Assembly (NCBI GenBank): GCA_951406725.2
Contig: OX597825.1
Span: 38,440,001 to 38,504,000, forward strand
Length of the DNA: 64,000 nucleotides
Direction of reading: 5' to 3'
Source of the DNA: Octopus vulgaris
Lineage: Eukaryota
Part shown: positions 54,937 to 64,000 of the stretch, piece by piece
Layout: each line of letters opens with the position of its first letter
Numbering within the stretch: the stretch's first letter is position 1
Program-made: the position numbers and the translations under genes
Notes under the pieces: generated by a model
What the model saw: only the letters and a program-made list of their open reading frames with translations
The model's database searches: none
What the model was told of the DNA's origin: nothing

Positions 54937-56702
54937 GTGTGTGTGAGTGGGTGTATACATTGTCTTTTTCTTACTCTTACTGAGGCTTCGTTAATTTTGT
55001 CGACGTCATTATCATCACTATCGTTGTCTTTGCCGCTGTTACTGTCTTAGTCATCATTATCGTCTTCTTAGCCATCATTACTATTGGGCAGTAGCTGTTT
55101 CTTCACCATTCTCTGTGTCATAAAACGAACAGCCTCATCATTATCATTATTAAAATCATCATCAAAACCATGCGTATAATTTTAATTACTACTTCATTTT
55201 CATTTGAATCATGAACCAATCATAATCATTTTCTTTTGGTCTTATATAAAACTCAGTTTTCCAAAATCATTTTCTTGTTCATTCTGTTTCTAATAACGAT
55301 TGTCGTTATAATGTTTTTACCATTTTACTTTATTACTTTTCTTTCATAGCGTAATCTCATTATTCTTCTCAAGTTATTTCATTTTCCCTCTTTCGCACTG
55401 CCGTTTATGATGGATAGTTTATTTATGTTATTGCCCATTTTGTGTGTAACGTTTTGAACTAACTTTTTATTCATAAATGCAGATCATAGGCAGCATGTTC
55501 GAAACGTGCAAATATTTAATAAACCATCATTCATGACACGCCAAACAGCGCTGGTTCGAATAAAATGCCCCGATGAAAGCAGTTAAATATTATCAAATAA
55601 TATTTTGCAGTTGTAGTTTATATAAAAATAAAGGAAATTATTATTTTTTTAATTCACTAATTATAAAATTACGATTCATGAAAAATGACAATGGTATAAA
55701 ATACTTTCAAAACCTGTTTTAACAGATGACCCAAATTAGAAGCATCAATACAAAAGGCTTGACTTTATTTAGAGTAGAAACTTTTCAACTTAATTTAACG
55801 CAAATAATGGGAGAAATATCATGTCTTCATTGATGTAGGGTTACCTCTGAATTGCCCCACTTTACATAGAAAAAACAATAACAACAAAAATGTAATCATT
55901 TTCCAAACTGGAAGGGAAAGAAAACTTGAATCAATGCGACATTTGCTAAGAAAAAATATATCAGAGTAATTATAGGAAAATAATACGCCACATTATAAAT
56001 GAAGGAATATATATGCGAAAATTTCTTCACTCTATGTGGCTATAAACAGCATATGTGGGTGGAATGGATAACTCTGCAGAATTAGTGGTAACTTAATTCT
56101 GCTGCGTAATAAATATTCAGCTTTACAAAGTGGAACCACAAAATTGGAATGAACAACCACATGAACGTATGTAATTGTTTTATTCTAAGAATATATGTAT
56201 TTGTTTCTCATAACGTCTGCCTTTTCTATTCAACATCATAGCTGCTGCTGCGAAAGTTTTCCTTTATCTAGACCACTTCAACTTCTTTCGCAACGAAACC
56301 TTTTGTTCTCCTTTCCCACTCCATCCTGCGAGTCGTTTACTTTCGGGGGTTTTCTTTTTTTCATTTAGCGTTAATTAATCCACAAACAATAAACACAAAT
56401 TTTTACCCTCGGAATTTTCATAAAAATTATAATAACAGATAATAATATGGCAGGCGTTATCATTTGTTCTTCATATGCAATCTTAATATTGCTGCAGAGT
56501 CGTCATGACTTTGATTAGATGAATAGTAGATAATTAAAAATAATAAACAAAAAATCTACTATATTAAATAATATTAGCAGTGAAAGGAAGAATAGATAAG
56601 TGCAGGAGTCAAGCAAATACAACGAAAGTTACACGCACGCACATAAACCCATTATTTGCCTTCTCCTGTGTAAGTGTAAGTGTGGTGCATGCAGCATCTC
56701 TG

Positions 56703-56736
<34 letters not shown>

Positions 56737-57756
56737 GCACGAATAATTGAGTTCATTTCAGTTGGGTATTTAATTGATTTCCGAAAGCCGACATTTAGTT
56801 CAATTGCATCGGAGTTACATTTGGATATTTGTTTAATGTATGTCAGGTTCTATTTCATTGACAGACTCCTCTTTTCGCGGACCAATAACGCATCACTTTC
56901 ACACGGTCTCTACAAATATAATCAATGACATAATTCACCGTTTGCGATACAAGCTACTTGAGTCAACATGTGAGAGAATAATATGGAGTTATTTATCAAA
57001 GGCTACGTAGCCAAAGAATTATTATAGGATAGAATAATTCCCCAAGAATTAATATCGGATACAATTAATTAAGACTGCCTTTATGTTTTCCTTATTTTTA
57101 TTAACTAATTGATTGTATATTTTGCCGGGGAATGTGTGACATCTGACTTTATTTACTACAAGATGGGTATATGATTTAATACATAATATTATCTATTAAC
57201 AAAGATTGTTACTTCGCTCAGACTGGGCGTATAAGCATTACGCTGAAATTTAAATCATATTCCTTATCCACTTGAATTTTGTAATGCGAGTACTCACACA
57301 CATTCACAACACACTCGCATGCATACATATGTGTGCGCGTGGCGTTTTTTGTTTGTGTATGTGTTTGTGTATGTATGTATATATATTATGTACACACAAA
57401 CGCACAGAAACACACTCCGACACACAGACACGCACAGGTATATGCCAAACCCCCCAAAACCACCGACGGAGTATTATTGTAGCATAATATAATTATCTAT
57501 GAAGTCAATTAAATACTATCAATACACGCAATAATCCTAAACCTTAAACAACGAAAACCAACTTATTATTCAATCTTATTGTTATGAAAGACAACTCAAA
57601 CTCACGGGCCCTTAAAATCATACAAGCATATCAAACATACATTCCATCTTCTGCTGCCCAACGGACATCGCTATTAATTCAACATTTGGCTTGTACCATT
57701 GAAACCGGTGGTGTCAACCGTTTAAAACAAGTGGAAGCAGCCTTAGAATCAATCGC

Positions 57757-57853
<97 letters not shown>

Positions 57854-57875
57854 CATTATTATTATTATTATTATA
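57757..57875 (+). repeat. Compound (TGT)n(TAT)n microsatellite
   Basis: Direct reading. Confidence 0.95.
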
Positions 57876-58129
57876 ATTACAGAGTACCGAACGCGAGGGA
57901 ATGCAACTCTAAAAGAGAGCTTCTTAGAAACAATTTCAGCCGCATATCATATAATTTCATAATTAAAGCACGAAATTCATTTCGTGCACATTTATGTGAA
58001 TTAATGCCCTTCTTATAAATAAATTCATTTAAAGGGAATAATTATATTTTTCCATTATGAGTTTTTTCACGCTGACTACTTGATAAATTCTTATAAGGAT
58101 TTTATGCTATTATAAATTATGGACGCCAT

Positions 58130-58323
58130 GATAGATCGTTAGCTCCTACACGCATTGTTTTCTCTCCTTGTTTCTCTCCTTGTTTTTTCCTGTGTATCTT
58201 TCTGTCGAAGAGCGTAGGCTCGAAACGTAAAAGACTGTTTCTATTCCCGAGCGCTATACTAATACATTTGTTTGTTTGTGTTCCACCTGCCTGCGTCTTT
58301 TGTTTATTTTCGTAAACTTTCCC
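58130..58323 (+). mobile_element. Short Penelope-pLTR-like repeat with hammerhead-like motif (copy 4, best preserved)
   Basis: Homologous to copies 1-3; ends at TATATATAT. Confidence 0.7.
58197..58234 (+). ncRNA. Candidate minimal type I hammerhead ribozyme, variant core
   Basis: TCTTT | CTGTCGAA | GAGC-GTAG-GCTC | GAAA | C-GT | A | AAAGA: stems I and II pair perfectly; palindromic loopless stem III (ACGT). Confidence 0.5.
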
Positions 58324-58765
58324 TTTATATATATATGTAGGTTGATTGAAATTCGGTGGCGCTCTTGAGTTTCAAGCATGATTGTAAGAGTTAGCCATTT
58401 TGAATAAGATGTTGCTATATGGGTAACATTTAGTTGAAAAATATAGTATGGCGAGCAGGGAAATTGACCACGACACCGCTTGACCTTTCTCGGTTAATCA
58501 CAGTCAACCTTACGGTAATAACAATCAATTTCTCTCATTCATATTGAAAAGAGTCTGACATCTAGCATCCCGCTTGAAACTGAAGACGACCAAAGAATTT
58601 GAATCAAACTGTTTTGATCAATATATGTAACTGCCAATAAATTTGGTGAGTGCCCTTATTTTATTTCTCCTCTCACTCGTATATATGTATTATGTATTGC
58701 ATATAAGTATGTAAGTATTATGCATCCATGGATGCATGTATGTATGTCTGTTTTATGTATGTCTG

Positions 58766-58797
<32 letters not shown>

Positions 58798-59269
58798 TAT
58801 ATATTAGAAGGTTTAGAGATGATGTACAGGTATTTTATATTAGAAGAAATGAGGTACTCAGAATTTCGGATGGTTTTATATTTACATATATTTATTTGTA
58901 TATTACATGTTTTCATACATCATATATCATATAATAGCGCTTTCGTCCATTCTAGTGTAGTTTTCAAATTAAAATGAGTTTTCAAATGTAGATATGTATG
59001 TATGTTGGCATGTATGTATGTGGACGCTTGTTAATTTATACTAGAAACAGTTTTCTTTCATAACAGCAAAAATGATAATTGTAGACATTTGCACACACAC
59101 ACAAACATACACACACACTCATATATATATGTGTGTATATAAAGGCTTGTTATGTACACTTATATAATATATAGACATATATGTGTATGTCTGGCTGAAT
59201 AGTGAGAGGCATAAAAAATATTTACCTACACATATCTCTATGTATTATTAATTTGATATATATACATAT

Positions 59270-59338
<69 letters not shown>

Positions 59339-59772
59339 CGTATATATATATGTGAGTGCGTGCGTAAAAAACAGTTAAAGAGCGAAATATTGACCCGGAC
59401 CCGATCAATATTTATTTATTTGCCTATCTTTAGTAATCAGTAGTTTGTAACCATTGTATTGATTCTACATCTGTACAATCGATACACATTATCTCTGGAT
59501 CAGCAGAATCCACCAAACGGAGGGAGAAAATAACTTATAGTATTAATATATCTTTACGTTTTGTGAAACAAGTCTATTTCAACTTTGCCTTTCATCCTTA
59601 GACGGTTGATGATACATAGTCACCTGTTAGCCCTCCCCATATAGTGGTATTTTACTATTCTACGCAAAATAATAAATATTTATTCCTGTATTCTCTTCCT
59701 TTCTCTTCAAATCCCCACTATCATTGTCGTCGTCGTCATCATCATCATCGTCATCTTTTTATTATTATTATT

Positions 59773-60250
59773 TCTTCTTCTTCTTCTTCTTCTTCTTCTT
59801 CTTCTTCTTCTTCTTCTTCTTCTTCTTCTTCTTCTTCTTCTAAGTCTCCTTCAGAATTGCTGACCTTGTACCTTTAATAGATAGGAATCTGATTGGGGAA
59901 TGGAAATGATGCATTCCATCAAATTTGTCGAAAAGCGGGTGACAGTTTCAGGTATAGTCCGAGTGCCGTATATATTCTGAATAAGCATAATTGGACATGG
60001 AATTGGAGTACTTGGATAGGTTGTTGGGGATAAGTGTGATCGAACTTTTGCCGACTTTTTTACTTCTTAGTTTGACCTCTGGTATCCCATTCATATGGGA
60101 AACTTTCCCCTTTACATATTTATTCTTCCAATGTTATATGTGTTTACGAATTATTTACATACAAAAGCAATATACTATGTTTCGCGGTATATGTAACTGC
60201 TTCTTTAAAATGTCTCCGTTCTAATGCGAGTCTATTTTTGTTGGTGACAT
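59773..60250 (-). mobile_element. Probable LINE 3' end with a (GAA)n tail
   Basis: (TTC)n at 59773-59840 directly adjoins a more GC-rich segment with a weak PETV zinc-finger-like remnant on the minus strand. Confidence 0.4.
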
Positions 60251-60452
60251 TGTTCTAGTTATTTAAAATGTTTTTGATTTTACGTGGTGTTAGGAACTGA
60301 GCGAAAATGCAAGGAAATGTATGGTGATTTAGTAATGATATTTAGCCTGATCGTAGAAAATAGATTCTTTATTAGATCAAAGATCTCTAGAAACGCCTAC
60401 ACGTCAACAAACACACACACACGGAAACAGAAACGTACACACATACATACGT

Positions 60453-60483
<31 letters not shown>

Positions 60484-60540
60484 GTGAATATATGTGTATG
60501 TGTGTGTTTGCGTGTCTGTAAAATAACATATAATAAACAT

Positions 60541-60797
60541 TTATTCCCCGATTTGAAGCGACAATTTATAAATGCAAACAAATGACTAAAAAATAAGCTA
60601 CACCAGCCAGATTCGAAGGCGCGAATCAACGCTAACACGGCTCCTTATGCACTCTATTGGCCAAACGCTCACTCATCAATTTCAGCCAAATTTGGTTAAT
60701 ATATACTTAAACTATCCAATACTACCTATGATATTTGCAATCAAACGTGAAAAGATTTGTTTGTATTCATAAGTTGTCGCTTCAAATCGGAGAATAA
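60541..60797. repeat. Foldback/MITE-like element with 43 bp inverted arms
   Basis: 60541-60583 vs reverse complement of 60755-60797: 39 of 43 identical. Confidence 0.85.
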
Positions 60798-60900
60798 GTT
60801 ATTATGATATGCTCTTTTACAGGCATTAATATACTATGAACCTTCCATAGAAGATTTCTCCCCAAAACATACAAAACCTTCCGCATTTGATTACATATGT

Positions 60901-60934
<34 letters not shown>

Positions 60935-60939
60935 TTGAG

Positions 60940-61004
<65 letters not shown>

Positions 61005-61013
61005 TATATATAT

Positions 61014-61086
<73 letters not shown>

Positions 61087-61103
61087 GGGATAGATAGATA
61101 GAT
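60940..61103 (+). repeat. (GATA)n microsatellite
   Basis: Direct reading. Confidence 0.95.
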
Positions 61104-62619
61104 ATGCAACATAAATACTATTATATAAATATTTAAAGGATAATTAGTGCTGTTCTACCATACATCTGTTATTGATTTTTATATATACATTGTTCAACCA
61201 ACTAGAGCATTTAGAAGCAGAATACACTCTTTGTATTTAATTGTCAGTGTGATTGTCAATCTGTTTTGAAGAAACACTATACTATAATCTTTCTTCAAAA
61301 AATGTTATCAATTTTTATAATGACTATGCACATTATATAATTATAAATTATACTGTGTTTCTATTTTATAACAAGATAAATCAGCTGTAGCATCTATCAA
61401 AGTATTGATTTTGAAAGTTTGTGATCATAGTTGTTTTTGCTGTCATTTTGTGGTAAGTAGCTTGGTATAGCAGGTGTATGACAAAAGTTGTTCTACCAAA
61501 TGTCATTCTGTCTCTCATGTGTGAAATTAACATGTTTGAGTTTACCCGTAAAACAATTCTTCTGCCAAACGAACCAGGCACAAGTGGCAAGGCTGAAATT
61601 TTTAATTAGTGGTGCATTTGTCAAATAGCGGGAAAGAGAATGAGAGAGAGAGAGAGGGGGAGAGAGAAGGGGTAGGTTAGTAAAGAAACACTGACGCAAA
61701 ACCTGGACTTATTATCGAAAACGATCTTGACCTTCTAGTATACTGGAAAAATATATAATTTGCAGAGTCTCTTGATTTCAGAATTGTGCTAATTTCAAAT
61801 ATAATTCATTTCGTGTTATATGATCAAAATTACCATTTCTTTCTGAAGATGGTAGACTATTATGTTTTCTTCCTAGTCGGCGGAAACCACGACAATCTGC
61901 ATTTGGTTTGTTTCAGTATATATTTGATTTCTTTTTCCAAATCCCTACGATAAAATAAGTGACATAAGATTGACGATCTTCAAGGCGTTAAAGAATAATT
62001 GTCTCTTCAGGCTATCTTAAAATGCTAGGGTTTCGATTTCGGGAGATTTAGTACGTAGTACATAGGGTGATGCTAATACGTACATCGACATATACATGAA
62101 TACATAAATACATACATACATATATACATGCATACTTACTTACATACATACATACGTACATATATACATGCATACTTACTTACATACATGCATACATACA
62201 TACATATATACATGCATATTTACTTACATACATGCATACATACATACATAATACATACATATATACATACTGCATAGATACATACCGCATAGATACATGC
62301 ATGATGGCTGCAGACTTGAGTTCGAGTATTGCCATCGCCAGACCGTAAATCCCACACATGTGAAATTCTACGACCAGCCATTTTTGTGATCTTTTTCAAG
62401 TGATGCCTGTGCATGATAATTTTTCATAGTCAGGAAGGATTTGCGCTAATCCAGTTCCACTCTCTGAACCTGCACAACATAAACTCAAAAGGAAGAACTA
62501 GTCTACATCATCGAATATTCTCAGTATCGCAAGTTTTCTATTAGAGTTTCCCTCTCCTAGAGAGATATTGCGACAGCAGAGAGTCCTCTCACTCCCAGTG
62601 GGCCAAGGTACATACAAAA

Positions 62620-62650
<31 letters not shown>

Positions 62651-63393
62651 CAGCGAGGAAGCTAGAGACAGAGAAAAAAGAGAGAGATAGTATGAGGCAC
62701 AGAGAGAACTATTATATGTAATGAATATTTCTTTTGTTGTATTTCTCATGGATTAGATTTCTTCTAAGAATGCAATTTTGTTAGCGTGCTGGATTAAACA
62801 CTTTATAATATCCAGTTTCATCTGACTTCACATGGAGTTCGCTCTGACGTCTGAATAAATATGATTTAGAAATAATTATCGTTACTATACAGTTGGCAAT
62901 TTACCCAGCTATACTTTGGCATGGAAACTCAATTGGCAAGTTGCCTTGAAAAATTTCAAGTGTCACATCTATATGAAAATGTCCGTGAACCAAGCGCGGT
63001 AGCCGTTTTAAATTTCTTAGGTGAAGTTTTGATTATTCATTAACACCATTAAGATATCTGAGAAAACCATGACAGTCTTAGAATGTGGAGTTTTGGATAT
63101 CAGTAGAAATTATGCTCATCATTTAGTTTATAATCGAGTCTATTGTTACTTGCAAATTTGTATATCTTAGGCAACTTGATTATTAAAAGTATTTATTGTA
63201 CTAAACCAGGATTAGACTCTTTACAAACTACACAGTAGTTCACGCTACAAGTAGGCTTTGATAATATAAATTGCTATCGAATTATTTCATTCAACCTATA
63301 GCATCTTCTATAATTAGAATTATCTATGTAGAATTATACCTAAAACTTTATTCATCGTCAAACACACACACACACATACATACACACATACTT

Positions 63394-63490
<97 letters not shown>

Positions 63491-64000
63491 CATGTATTGC
63501 ATTTCATGATGTTTGTAACACGGATATATCAACCAATTATCCGTTTTCACTTTATTTACAGCATTTACTCCAATATTTGTTGACATTTTCACAATTTTCA
63601 CATTTACGAACAAAAACAGTCACTCTGCATTATTTAACTATGCTTTTACACATTTTTTAGTGTTAAGTATCTCATAATATTTTAAAAGCCATGAAACACT
63701 TTAAAATTGTGTTTTTATTATGCCTACAAATGTTCTACATCATGGTTTACGAAAGCAACACTTTTCAAAAATTTGAACACCTAATAATTCCCAGTGGAGC
63801 AACTTTTAATGTAAATGAATTTGTTCGCTGATTCTAGCAAGTAGCGTGATGGCTTTGAGATTGCCTCATTTGTGGTACTAATGAGTGACTACCAATATAC
63901 TGTACAAATACAGCGCATTACTTATTGTGCTAGGATATTATTTTACTTCTCATAATGCAATACATTTACTCATGGTATCTATAAGTTCTTAACGTGTCTG

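Noticed and set aside
57584-58018. 144 aa ORF with poly-C and poly-Y
   Set aside because: Length comes from (TGT)n(TAT)n; flanking peptide has no recognisable domain
62090-62290. Higher-order repeat of CATA/CTTA units
   Set aside because: Microsatellite-derived; no evidence of function

Overview
AT-rich, microsatellite-dense eukaryotic DNA with no host protein-coding exon that I can support; nearly all ORFs in the supplied track are (AT)n/(CA)n artefacts. The SINE families I recognise suggest an octopod cephalopod (Octopus-like) intron or intergenic region; this is inference. The window is a patchwork of mobile-element relics. These include a young 5'-truncated CR1/L2-group LINE (RT frame broken by one stop), a maT/DD37D-like and several mariner relics, two non-autonomous Helitron ends, a Neptune-type Penelope-like RT relic, RTE, CRE-like and possible Tx1-like fragments, several tRNA-derived SINEs, MITE-like foldbacks and a tRNA-Ile(AAT) pseudogene. 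Three observations stand out. (1) A dispersed ~170-190 bp repeat, always abutting (AT)n, carries a minimal hammerhead-ribozyme-like fold with a non-canonical core (CUGUNGAA). (2) Two different mariner families are present as double-headed foldback elements made of two 5' ends. (3) Near-perfect 36-38 bp palindromes recur inside repeat relics and look like template-switch inverted duplications. All alignments were by eye and coordinates of degenerate elements are approximate.
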